Of a stretch of DNA of 64,000 nucleotides, positions 37,299 to 46,851 are shown one piece after another (within the stretch, counting starts at the first letter, position 1; every line of letters begins with the position of its first letter). The translations under genes were made by a program, and so were the position numbers. The notes beneath the pieces were generated by a model. It was not told the origin of the DNA, made no database searches, and saw only the letters and a program-made list of their open reading frames with translations. This DNA comes from an uncultured Rikenellaceae bacterium. Lineage in GTDB: Bacteria; Bacteroidota; Bacteroidia; Bacteroidales; VadinHA17. Location of the stretch: contig CAYMFM010000001.1 in the NCBI GenBank assembly GCA_964389685.1, forward strand, positions 143,579-207,578. Reading direction: 5' to 3'.

Positions 37299-38309
37299 AT
37301 GACCCGCAAAACCCTGGTACAAAAAACGCTGGAATTTGATTCCCCTGAACGAATCCCACGACAGATCTGGATTCTTCCCTGGGCGGATGATCATTATCCG
37401 GATTTTACCCAACGATTACGAATGACATTTCCCGATGATGTTGTGCAGACACCGGTTTACTATAGAAAGCCACCTGTGATATCTGGAAATAAATATAAAT
37501 CGGGGTATTACGTGGATGAATGGGGTTGTGAGTTCAAAAACATTCATGAAGGGTTGATGGGTGTGGTTCAGAAACCACTCATTGCAGATCCGATGCATTA
37601 CCATGATTTGAAAACTCCAGAAACTATTCTGACCCTTGATGTTGAAGAAATCAAACGGTTTTGCAAATACACGGACCAGTTTACCCTGGCAGGAAATTTT
37701 CAGCGTCCTTTTGAACGGTTTCAATTCATAAGAACGATGGAATTGGCATTCATGGACCTGGCTGTGGAACCTCCGGGATTGAAAGAACTGTTGAATGTCA
37801 TCCATCAGCACTACTGCAAAGAGGTAGAATCGTGGGCAGAAACGCCCGTGGATGCGATCTATCTGATGGATGATTGGGGAACGCAACATGGCTTGATCAC
37901 CTCTCCGGACATCTTCAGGAAATATTTCAAGCCGATGTACAAAGAGTATGTTGAAATTGCAAAACAGTATGGGAAATATGTATTCATGCATTCCGACGGA
38001 GCAATCAGTGAGATAATCCCTGACCTCATCGAGCTTGGAATTGACGCATTGAATTCGCAATTATTCTGTATGAATATCCAGGAGTTGGCCGAAAAACATA
38101 GCGGTAAACTCACATTCTGGGGTGAAATAGACCGTCAGCATATGCTTCCGGATTGCAGTCAGGAAGAGATTGAGCATGCTGTTTATCAACTGTTTCAATT
38201 GTTCTACAAGAAGGGAGGAGTGATCGCACAGTGTGAGTTTGGACCGGGAGCCAAACCGGAAAATGTCTGGACGGTATTTGAAACCTGGAACAGACTCACC
38301 CACGAATAA
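37299..38309 (+). CDS. UroD/MtaA-CmuA (methylcobamide methyltransferase-like) family protein
   Basis: VDEWGC, PFERFQFIR, MDDWGTQ, SPDIFRKYFKP, FMHSDG, FWGEIDRQ. Confidence 0.82.
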   Translation: MTRKTLVQKTLEFDSPERIPRQIWILPWADDHYPDFTQRLRMTFPDDVVQTPVYYRKPPVISGNKYKSGYYVDEWGCEFKNIHEGLMGVVQKPLIADPMHYHDLKTPETILTLDVEEIKRFCKYTDQFTLAGNFQRPFERFQFIRTMELAFMDLAVEPPGLKELLNVIHQHYCKEVESWAETPVDAIYLMDDWGTQHGLITSPDIFRKYFKPMYKEYVEIAKQYGKYVFMHSDGAISEIIPDLIELGIDALNSQLFCMNIQELAEKHSGKLTFWGEIDRQHMLPDCSQEEIEHAVYQLFQLFYKKGGVIAQCEFGPGAKPENVWTVFETWNRLTHE

Positions 38310-38322
38310 CGATCGGAAAGAA

Positions 38323-39240
38323 ATGGCAGAAAAATATGTCATTGGCATTGACCTGGGGGGTACAAAAGTGGAAGCCTGCCTGATGGATTCACGCCGCAAG
38401 GTGCTGTCCAGACACCGGGTTTTATCCCAACCCCGGAAAGGATTGGACCAGGTTATCAGGAATATTCAAACCGTTGTTAAAGCGGTTTCAAAGAACTACC
38501 CGATTGAAGCGATCGGTATGGGTACACCGGGCACCCACGAACCGGTGGAGGATGTGTTACACGGATCACCCCACACCCCGGTTTATGAATTACCGGGATT
38601 TATGGGCAGGGTAAGGGCGCAATTTAACCTTCCCCTTCTGGTGGAAAACGATGCCAATTGCCTTGCACTGGCTGAGTATTTTGGGAACTATGAGGAAAAA
38701 TATTCCTATGTCTTAGCCGTTATCATTGGAACCGGTATGGGATATGGACTGATCCTGGATAAAAAATTATACCGTGGGATGCATGGAGCTGCAGGTGAAA
38801 TAGGTCATACCACCATCGATTACCGGGGGAGGAAATGTGAGTGTGGACGGTTAGGGTGTGCTGAAGCGTATCTCTCCGGACCCAGCCAGTGTAGAAGATA
38901 TCATGAAATCAGTGGAGAAAAAAAGTCACTTCAACAGATTTGGGAATTATACCAGGGAGGAGATCCCGGAGCCACCGCCCTGTTCGAGGAGAGTTGCGAG
39001 ATCATGGCACAGGTATTTGCCAATGTGGTCAATGCATTTGACCTGGAAGCAATTATCCTGGGGGGAGGAGTATCGAATATTCCCATCTGGTATGAGAATG
39101 TTCCACCCATCATGAGGCAATCCTTTTTTGGCCCTCCCAGAGGAGAAATCCCTGTTTTGAAAGCCAGAATGGGTGATTCAGCAGGAGTGCTGGGAGCAGC
39201 TTATCTTGCTCTGAGGGAGCTGGGGGAAATGAGCTTTTAA
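38323..39240 (+). CDS. ROK-family sugar kinase
   Basis: GIDLGGTK, ENDANCLALAE, GTGMGYG, GAAGEIGH, Zn motif CECGRLGCAE; start MAEKY at 38323. Confidence 0.92.
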   Translation: MAEKYVIGIDLGGTKVEACLMDSRRKVLSRHRVLSQPRKGLDQVIRNIQTVVKAVSKNYPIEAIGMGTPGTHEPVEDVLHGSPHTPVYELPGFMGRVRAQFNLPLLVENDANCLALAEYFGNYEEKYSYVLAVIIGTGMGYGLILDKKLYRGMHGAAGEIGHTTIDYRGRKCECGRLGCAEAYLSGPSQCRRYHEISGEKKSLQQIWELYQGGDPGATALFEESCEIMAQVFANVVNAFDLEAIILGGGVSNIPIWYENVPPIMRQSFFGPPRGEIPVLKARMGDSAGVLGAAYLALRELGEMSF

Positions 39241-39369
39241 ATAACGTCCATCGTTTGTCGATAACGGAAACAAAACGACCGACGTTTAACGACCAACGAC
39301 CCGGGTTTCGTAACCAAATACCCCTGCCTGCCGGCAGGCAGGGAATAACGAATCAAAAACCATCATATC

Positions 39370-41682
39370 ATGAAAAAATTTACATTCATTTCCTTGTTCA
39401 TGCTCTTTTTCACTACAGCATCCTTTTCCCAGTCCCCCGACCCCATCCCCATGGACCAATACCTGGAGTTTGCCAGGAAATCGGCTGACTGGACGTGGGA
39501 AAATATGGATTCATTAATGGCGGCCTGGCGAGAAACACTCGATCCGTTGAGTGTTTTTGGATACCGTCCCCCCGGACGGATCCTGGAGATGGCAACCATC
39601 TATGCAACGTTGTATGAAAAGGAAGAAAAGGAGGAATATGCCGAAAGGGCTAAAAAGATCTTGCTGATCTATGATGATTTCAAAAAGGAATACCCGGAAG
39701 AAGCGGTCCAGAAGCGCCCGGATTATGGGAACGGAGTACCGGCTCTTCCCGATTTCTTTACCACCATGCGGTATGCACGACCTTATGAAATCCTGAAAAG
39801 ACTCGGATACCTGAATAAAAAAGAGCAGGAAAAGATTGATGAAGTGATCGCACACAGCATGGATTACCTCCTTCAAACACAGGAATGGGGGCCCATGAAC
39901 CGGACTGCCCTTCGGGCAGAAGCGCTGGCCTGGTCAATCCGTGCAGTACCAAACCATCAAAAAACACCAACCTGGAAGATGACTGAACAGGCTCTGGGTT
40001 TTGATAACTGGGGGAATTGGGAGATTGAAGATGCCACCATCTATCATGGTGTATGGCTCTATGCCCTGCTCGGTTATGCCGATGCCAAAAATAGGGTGGA
40101 GGAGCTTTTTAAAACCCCGGAGATGTATTATTATGCCCACTATTTCCTTCAGCTGATGTCTCCTGACGGGATGATACCCGACTTCGGTGATGCAACCTTG
40201 CATTCAAACTGGAACCGGTACCTGGTCTACTTTGAAGCAGCAGCAAACATCTATCGAAATCCGGAATTGAAATGGGCCGCTGCCGTAATCGCAAGGAAGT
40301 TCATCGATTTTGACCGGATAGAGAATACAGGATTAGCCTATATGTTACTCGATTGTTACCGTTATGGCACGGATGATGTCAAACCCAGAGTACCGGAAAA
40401 CTTAAGTAGCGAAGTGATGGAAGATGTGCAGGGCAAGAAGATCGTTTTCCGGAATGGATGGACACCGGAATCTACCTATATGCTGTTAAACTATAGGGAT
40501 GAGGGAGATGGAGGATTGCTGTTCAGAGATTACCTGCGCGATGTCATACCGGTAGAAGAGGAAAAAATGACCCATGGACATGCCGATGAAAACAGCATCG
40601 TCCTGCTGATGAAGAACGGATCGGTGTTGCTGCATGACGGAGGTTACCGGGATTTTATGCCGAGCGGACCCTACGGAGCCTATCGCCAGGACTACTTCCA
40701 TAACCGGTTGTGTGTGCGGCAGGAAAAAATATTTATGGGACAGAAAGAGGGTGAATGGAGATACAGCCCAACCGATCATCCGGAAATACCCGGACAACCG
40801 GTACTCGATTTTCTTCATAACGCCGGATCATACCGGATCATCAGAACACAGAAAATCGATTTTCTTACTTTCCCCGATTTTGACTACAGCCGAACCCGGT
40901 TGATCGATGAAAAACTGGGCTATGAATGGGACAGGGTCATTACCTATATTAAGGATCCTGAAATGGTTGTGGTGTTTGACATCGTGAAAGCCCGGGTTGA
41001 GGAGTTCTTTACAGCAGCAAACCTCTGGCATACCCGGGAGATAATAAAACAGGGAAATCACTGGTACGATACCCGGTATGATTCCATCGGGAACCTGAAA
41101 CTCAATGCAAATACCAACCTGCTGATCCACTTTCCAAAATCACATTTCCGGATCGAACAAACGGAAATGGCAAAACGGTATTACCAGGCTGAATGGGTGA
41201 TATCGGAAACAACAGGACAACATTTTGAATTGGGACAAACCATTGGGTTTGTGACCGTTTTGATACCCCATCCACACACAGAACCGCCTGAAAACCTGAT
41301 TTCTCAAATCCGGTATATCGGATCCGAATCCACTGGAAAGGGAATGTCGGTTGAGATCCGGAAAGGAGACCGGGTCATTCACGTCGGTGTGAAGAATGAC
41401 CTTCGAATGGATATGTTCCGGGATTATCGCAGACCGAAATATACCTATGAATCGGGCAAAATTAGCTACGGACCGTTTGAAACCAACGGAGATTTTTTCT
41501 ATACCGAGCGAAAGGGCGACATCCTCAATTTTACCGTGGTGAACCTGACAAAAGCGTTTTACCAGGATCAGGTACTGTATGAACAGCAATCCGGCTATTT
41601 CGGACTGGCTTTTGATGGCAGTGCAGATGTTTCAGGATTAGGCAAGGCAAGGTATTGGAGAAACAAAATGAAGGTTGAATGA
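39370..41682 (+). CDS. Secreted heparinase II/III-like (polysaccharide-lyase-fold) protein
   Basis: Signal peptide; PDFGD and HGHADENSIVL...LLHDGGY...HN resemble heparinase II/III motifs. Confidence 0.55.
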   Translation: MKKFTFISLFMLFFTTASFSQSPDPIPMDQYLEFARKSADWTWENMDSLMAAWRETLDPLSVFGYRPPGRILEMATIYATLYEKEEKEEYAERAKKILLIYDDFKKEYPEEAVQKRPDYGNGVPALPDFFTTMRYARPYEILKRLGYLNKKEQEKIDEVIAHSMDYLLQTQEWGPMNRTALRAEALAWSIRAVPNHQKTPTWKMTEQALGFDNWGNWEIEDATIYHGVWLYALLGYADAKNRVEELFKTPEMYYYAHYFLQLMSPDGMIPDFGDATLHSNWNRYLVYFEAAANIYRNPELKWAAAVIARKFIDFDRIENTGLAYMLLDCYRYGTDDVKPRVPENLSSEVMEDVQGKKIVFRNGWTPESTYMLLNYRDEGDGGLLFRDYLRDVIPVEEEKMTHGHADENSIVLLMKNGSVLLHDGGYRDFMPSGPYGAYRQDYFHNRLCVRQEKIFMGQKEGEWRYSPTDHPEIPGQPVLDFLHNAGSYRIIRTQKIDFLTFPDFDYSRTRLIDEKLGYEWDRVITYIKDPEMVVVFDIVKARVEEFFTAANLWHTREIIKQGNHWYDTRYDSIGNLKLNANTNLLIHFPKSHFRIEQTEMAKRYYQAEWVISETTGQHFELGQTIGFVTVLIPHPHTEPPENLISQIRYIGSESTGKGMSVEIRKGDRVIHVGVKNDLRMDMFRDYRRPKYTYESGKISYGPFETNGDFFYTERKGDILNFTVVNLTKAFYQDQVLYEQQSGYFGLAFDGSADVSGLGKARYWRNKMKVE

Positions 41683-41684
41683 TT

Positions 41685-41865
41685 CGCCATAGGCGTGCCT
41701 GCGGCAAAGGATGCCTTGCCTGCCGGCAGGCATGATGGATGAAGGAGTTGATTGGGAGACGTTGTGACTTTGAGACTGTGAGAGGAAGAGTGATGAGTAG
41801 TGAGATCCGCCTTCGTTACCTCCTTCGTTAGAACTACGGAGGTCAAGAAAACTACGGCGGACAAG
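41685..41865. repeat. Mosaic of heptamer-array modules and nested palindromic elements
   Basis: Reverse-complement copies of the modules at 19121-19190, and a 30-bp element nested in a 30-bp element at 41806-41865. Confidence 0.85.
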
Positions 41866-42344
41866 GATGAGTTGTGAGTAGAAATAGTTGCTGGGTCCTC
41901 GGTCCTGGGTACTGGGAAAAGAAATGATTAGTGAGATAGGAGTTACGAGATACACCTGCCTGGTCGGCATACAGAGGTTAAAAGTTACAGGGAATTAGAA
42001 GGGAGGACAAGGGAGTATATGGTTAGAATAAATAAATTAGCCCCAGCGGGGCGATGTGTCTTTAGCCCAGGGTTACGCCGATACAACGGTCCAACTGCCT
42101 GGTAATTCTTCGGGAAAGCCTTCCCTGGACCGAAAAGCACCAGGCATTGAAACGAAGAGAGGGGGAGCCTTAGAGACTAAGAGAATGAGGATGGCTGAAC
42201 GGGTCCGCAAAAATGACTACACAAAACAACCCCGCTCCGTAGGTGCTGAACCACTTGCACAATATATTTTGAGATAGATAAAATAAAATCCTATTTTTGA
42301 TTTTTTAAAAAATCAAGTCATATAGCACCTAACTGCAATACATT

Positions 42345-43007
42345 ATGAGCGACCTTCTTGTACGATTAGCCCACTGTGTGGAACATGGTAAGATCAATAA
42401 AGCATCTCCCTATCCCCCCGAAATGAAGGGGGAAGATGGAGCGGATGAGCTGACTGCGCAGGCATTGAAGGAAGGGATATCCCCGCAGGATATTCTTTCC
42501 AAAGCATTTGAAGTGGGGATGGAACGGGTGGGTAAAAAGTTTGCGGAAAACAAAGTTTTTGTTCCGCAATTGCTGATGTCGGCAAAAGCAATGACGACTG
42601 CTATGGAGCACATCAAACCCTTTTTCCAGGCCGGGGATGTGAAACGAAAAGGAGTGTTCGTTATAGGAACCGTAAAGGGGGATTTACACGATATCGGGAA
42701 AAACCTGGTAGCTATGATGGTCGAGGGGAATGGCTGGGAAGTGATTGACCTGGGTGTGGATGTTGGTGTTGACAGGATCATGGAACAGCTGGATAAACAT
42801 CGTGGCGCTGCCGTGGGTATGTCAGCATTGCTTACCACAACCATGGTGAACATGGAAGGTGCGATAATAGAGATTAAAGAAAAATACCCGGAAACAAAGA
42901 TACTGGTCGGAGGTGCCCCTCTGACCACAGATTATTGCAGGAAGATCGGGGCAGATTTTTACTCCCCTGATCCGCAGGGAGCAGTAGAGTATTTGAACTC
43001 ACTTTAA
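42345..43007 (+). CDS. Stand-alone cobalamin-binding corrinoid protein (MtaC/MtbC-like)
   Basis: Cap domain (GMERVGKKF...FVPQLLMSAKAM) and the base-off B12 motif GDLHDIGKN...SALLTTT...VGGAP. Confidence 0.95.
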   Translation: MSDLLVRLAHCVEHGKINKASPYPPEMKGEDGADELTAQALKEGISPQDILSKAFEVGMERVGKKFAENKVFVPQLLMSAKAMTTAMEHIKPFFQAGDVKRKGVFVIGTVKGDLHDIGKNLVAMMVEGNGWEVIDLGVDVGVDRIMEQLDKHRGAAVGMSALLTTTMVNMEGAIIEIKEKYPETKILVGGAPLTTDYCRKIGADFYSPDPQGAVEYLNSL

Positions 43008-43032
43008 CCGGATTCCGGGAAGGTTTAATTTT

Positions 43033-46000
43033 ATGACATTGAAACAGGGTAACAGCGTTTGTTGGATCCTGGTATTGATTATCTGGTATTCCATTACTGC
43101 AAGTACCTCCGCCCAGGAGATTGTGATTAATGAGGTAATGCCTGCCAACTCCGTGACAATTCCGGATGAGGATGAAGAATTCTCCGACTGGATTGAGTTG
43201 TTCAATGCAGGCACAGATCCGGTGCAGTTGCATCATTATGGACTGTCCGATATCGATTCGACCTTCCCGAAATGGACCTTCCCGGAAATGGTGTTAGATC
43301 CCAATGATTTTATTGTGGTCTTTGCTTCTGGAAAAGACAGGACTGAACCTTCGCTGTACTGGCAGACCATCATTAACTGGGGGAATGAATGGAAATACCT
43401 TGTCCCGACACAGGAACCCCCTGCCGGTTGGAATACCATCACTTTCGATGACCAGAACTGGGATTCAGGGAAAAGTGGATTCGGATACGGTGATAACGAT
43501 GACTCAACCCTGATTACCGCTACAATGTCTTGCTATATCAGGAAGAAATTCCTGATCGAGGATACAAGTCACCTGGAAGATGCCATTCTTCATATGGATT
43601 ACGATGACAGTTTTGTGGCGTATCTGAATGGAGAGGAAATCGCACGGGGAAACATTGGGATCCCTGGAATACCCCCTGCGTTTGATCAGGGGGCGGATAA
43701 TTATGATCACGAAGCCCTTATTTACCGGGGATTGCCACCGGAATCCTTCACCATCGATTCCCTGCACAACCTGATCAGGGAGGGGGAGAACGTGCTTGCC
43801 ATCCAGGTACATAATCACAGCATTGGCTCGTCGGACCTGACAGCCATTCCATTCCTCAGTATCGGATCGAAAATTAACCCCGGAACGACCCACCCGGTCC
43901 CTCCGGTTTTGCACATAAACTCACCTTTATTGCATACGAACTTCAGGCTGGATGCTGAAGGAGAGACGGTATATCTCTATGATCCGTCGAACAGTATCAT
44001 TGACAGCATTGCCTTCGAACGGATGTATACTGACATTTCCGGCGGAAAATACCCCGACGGATCCGGTAGCTTGTTCTATTTCCAACAAGCCACCCCGGGA
44101 GAGCCAAACCTGACGAAAACCTACTCCTCGATCTCCGGGGAGCCCTATTTTTCTGTACCCGGTGGACTTTTCAGTACAACACTGTCCATTTACCTGACCG
44201 GTTTTGAACCGGACGATACTATATATTTCACCACCGATGGGAGCGAACCAACCATCTACTCACAAAAATATACCGGAGGAATACCCATACAATTCACCAC
44301 CGTGCTGAGGGCGAGGATCCTGGAACACGGAAAAATTCCCGGTCACGTGGTATCCCACACCTACCTGATCAATATCCAGAACACATTGCCGGTAATTTCA
44401 CTGACTACATCCCCTGAAAACCTGTGGGATTACTACGACGGGATGTACGTAATGGGACCAAATGCTTCCCAGGATTTTCCCCATTTTGGCGCCAATTTCT
44501 GGCAGGATTGGGAAAAACCGGTACATATTGAACTGTTCGAACCGGACGGGGAACGTGGCTTTTCAATCGATGCCGGCATGAAGATATTCGGAGGATGGAG
44601 CCGGGGATTCCCGCAAAAATCCCTCTCACTGTTTGCCAGGAGCAAGTACGGCTATGGAAACATCGATTACCGGATCTTCGGTGAAAAAGATATCGATCAG
44701 TTTGAATCCATTATCCTGCGAAATTCAGGAAATGACTGGAACTATTCGATGATGAGGGATGGGATGATGACGGAATTGGTGAGTAAAATGGATATTGACA
44801 AACAGGCGTACCGGCCGGCTGAAATTTACCTGAATGGTGAATACTGGGGAATCCTGAACATCCGCGAAAAGGTAAATGAACATTTCATTGCCTCAAACCA
44901 TGGTGTCGATCCGGATCAGATCGATCTGCTGGAGGGGAACGGGTGGAAAATACAGGGAAGTTCCGATCACTATTTTTCAATGCTCTATTTCATCGATAAC
45001 AACGATATGCAACTGGATCAAAACTTTAACGTTGTGAAATCGATGATGGAAACCGAAAACTTCATCAAGTACCAGATCAGCCAGATCTATTTTGACAACC
45101 GGGACTGGCCGGGAAACAACATCAAATTCTGGCGTCCGCAATCAGAAACAGGACGCTGGCGCTGGATCATGTTTGACACCGATTTTGGATTTGGTATCTG
45201 GGATCCGTCAAAATACACGTTCAATACCCTTGCCTATGCCCTTGAACCCAATGGACCGGATTGGCCAAACCCTCCCTGGGCAACGTTCCTGCTCAGAAAA
45301 TTGATGGAGAACAACCGGTTCAAAATCGATTTTATTAATTGCTTCGCAGATCACTTGAATTCAACCTTTCTTCCGGAGAAGGTGAAAAACCATATCCTGA
45401 CGCTGAAACAGAATATTGAAGAAGAGATGCACGATAACCTGGGTCGATGGGGTGGTAACTACAACAACTGGGAGAACGAAATCCAGGTCATGATCAATTT
45501 TGGTTTTTACCGGGTTAATTATGTCCGGAATCATATCCGGAATCAATTCAATTTAAATGGAACATTTGCCCTGGATCTGGGGGTTAATCCACCCTGTTCA
45601 GGCAAAATTAAGGTGAATACCATTATCCCTGAAAGATATCCATGGACAGGGATATACTTCGATCGTGTCCCAATTCAATTAACCCCTGTTCCTGAACCCG
45701 GATACCGGTTCACCGGATGGACGGGGTCTTCACAATCCGCCGAAACCCCACTCATTCTGGATGTTTCTACCGATCAACAGATCACGGCAAATTTTGAACC
45801 GGATGGCAGTGGACTGCAGTACATCGTTATCAATGAGATCAATTACAATGCACCCGATTATTTTGATACAGGTGATTGGATCGAGATCTATAATCGGGGT
45901 GATTCCGAAAGAGACCTTACCGGTTGGATCCTGAAAGATTCGGATGATGAACATCAATTTATCTTGCCTTCAAATACCAATATCGGGGCGGATGATTACC

Positions 46001-46608
46001 TGGTTGTCTGCAGGGATGAAGAGGCGTTTGTTACATTGAATCCATACGTGGCAAATCATGTGGGTGATTTTGATTTTGGGCTGAGCAGCTACGGCGAATG
46101 CATCAGGCTGTATGATGATAGCCTTCAGCTTGTCGATTCCGTCTTTTATGGAATCAGTTCACCCTGGCCTCCCGAACCCAACGGAACAGGACCTACCCTG
46201 GAACTGATCAATCCTGCCCTGGATAATACCCTGCCTGAAAACTGGTATGCTTCAAATACCCATGGAACACCGGGAGCAGTCAACGAATCATGGTCACCAC
46301 TCTCCGTTGAGGAACCTGAACGTTCCGGAATGAATGATGTTGATCTCCGGATCTATCCTAATCCGTTCAATACCTCTACCACAATACAGATCTACCTGGA
46401 ACAGCAGGATGAAGTTAGGATTACCATTCATGATATGACAGGTAAAACGATCTCTGTGCTGTTTGAAGGGAATTTGATCCGGGGAGTACATATATGGAAT
46501 TGGGATGCAACCGCTTCAAATGGAAATAAAGTTTCTCCGGGAGTCTATTTAATAAAGGTGGAAACAAAAAATAACTGCCTGACAAATAGGGTTTTATATA
46601 ATCAATAA
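43033..46608 (+). CDS. CotH-kinase-family protein with lamin-tail domains and a T9SS C-terminal domain
   Basis: INEVM/INEINY..DWIE lamin-tail starts; GGWSR, LRNSGND, YLNGEYWG, NRDWPGNN, FDTDFG; YPNPFN...GVYLIKV tail. Confidence 0.9.
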   Translation: MTLKQGNSVCWILVLIIWYSITASTSAQEIVINEVMPANSVTIPDEDEEFSDWIELFNAGTDPVQLHHYGLSDIDSTFPKWTFPEMVLDPNDFIVVFASGKDRTEPSLYWQTIINWGNEWKYLVPTQEPPAGWNTITFDDQNWDSGKSGFGYGDNDDSTLITATMSCYIRKKFLIEDTSHLEDAILHMDYDDSFVAYLNGEEIARGNIGIPGIPPAFDQGADNYDHEALIYRGLPPESFTIDSLHNLIREGENVLAIQVHNHSIGSSDLTAIPFLSIGSKINPGTTHPVPPVLHINSPLLHTNFRLDAEGETVYLYDPSNSIIDSIAFERMYTDISGGKYPDGSGSLFYFQQATPGEPNLTKTYSSISGEPYFSVPGGLFSTTLSIYLTGFEPDDTIYFTTDGSEPTIYSQKYTGGIPIQFTTVLRARILEHGKIPGHVVSHTYLINIQNTLPVISLTTSPENLWDYYDGMYVMGPNASQDFPHFGANFWQDWEKPVHIELFEPDGERGFSIDAGMKIFGGWSRGFPQKSLSLFARSKYGYGNIDYRIFGEKDIDQFESIILRNSGNDWNYSMMRDGMMTELVSKMDIDKQAYRPAEIYLNGEYWGILNIREKVNEHFIASNHGVDPDQIDLLEGNGWKIQGSSDHYFSMLYFIDNNDMQLDQNFNVVKSMMETENFIKYQISQIYFDNRDWPGNNIKFWRPQSETGRWRWIMFDTDFGFGIWDPSKYTFNTLAYALEPNGPDWPNPPWATFLLRKLMENNRFKIDFINCFADHLNSTFLPEKVKNHILTLKQNIEEEMHDNLGRWGGNYNNWENEIQVMINFGFYRVNYVRNHIRNQFNLNGTFALDLGVNPPCSGKIKVNTIIPERYPWTGIYFDRVPIQLTPVPEPGYRFTGWTGSSQSAETPLILDVSTDQQITANFEPDGSGLQYIVINEINYNAPDYFDTGDWIEIYNRGDSERDLTGWILKDSDDEHQFILPSNTNIGADDYLVVCRDEEAFVTLNPYVANHVGDFDFGLSSYGECIRLYDDSLQLVDSVFYGISSPWPPEPNGTGPTLELINPALDNTLPENWYASNTHGTPGAVNESWSPLSVEEPERSGMNDVDLRIYPNPFNTSTTIQIYLEQQDEVRITIHDMTGKTISVLFEGNLIRGVHIWNWDATASNGNKVSPGVYLIKVETKNNCLTNRVLYNQ

Positions 46609-46731
46609 TGCCAGCTGCTGAAGACTGGATAGACACTTCGGGCACCATATAATTGATCAGTTTTCACCCTGATCCAACATCGAAAAAATCGGAAGAATAA
46701 AATCGCCTGATTCTTTTATTATTTACCAGGT

Positions 46732-46750
46732 AAGTGTAAATTTAACACTT
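46732..46750. promoter_or_regulatory. Predicted NrtR/AraR operator
   Basis: Palindrome AAGTGTAAATTTAACACTT upstream of the regulator gene. Confidence 0.75.
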
Positions 46751-46851
46751 CAAGAGCAGAACGTTACTTAACGGGGGAATTGTGATAATTGTATCCAAAA
46801 TCCCGTGACAGGAGATGGTTGTATAAAGCAATGATTAACAGCTGAAATACC

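Noticed and set aside
42087-42180. HDV-like ribozyme or group I intron fragment
   Set aside because: Junction lengths do not fit the HDV fold on either strand; P-like (CGGGAAAGCC) and R-like (AGAGACTA) words are present but the S element needed for P7 is not.
41870-42344. Cobalamin riboswitch upstream of the corrinoid gene
   Set aside because: The conserved GGGAA-N-GGTG, GCCACTG..GGGAAG and AGYCAGRAGACCTGCC elements are not found in order.
43007-43033. Functional link between the corrinoid protein and the CotH protein (25-bp gap)
   Set aside because: A cytoplasmic B12 carrier and a T9SS-secreted kinase-like protein have no plausible shared pathway; adjacency alone is weak evidence.
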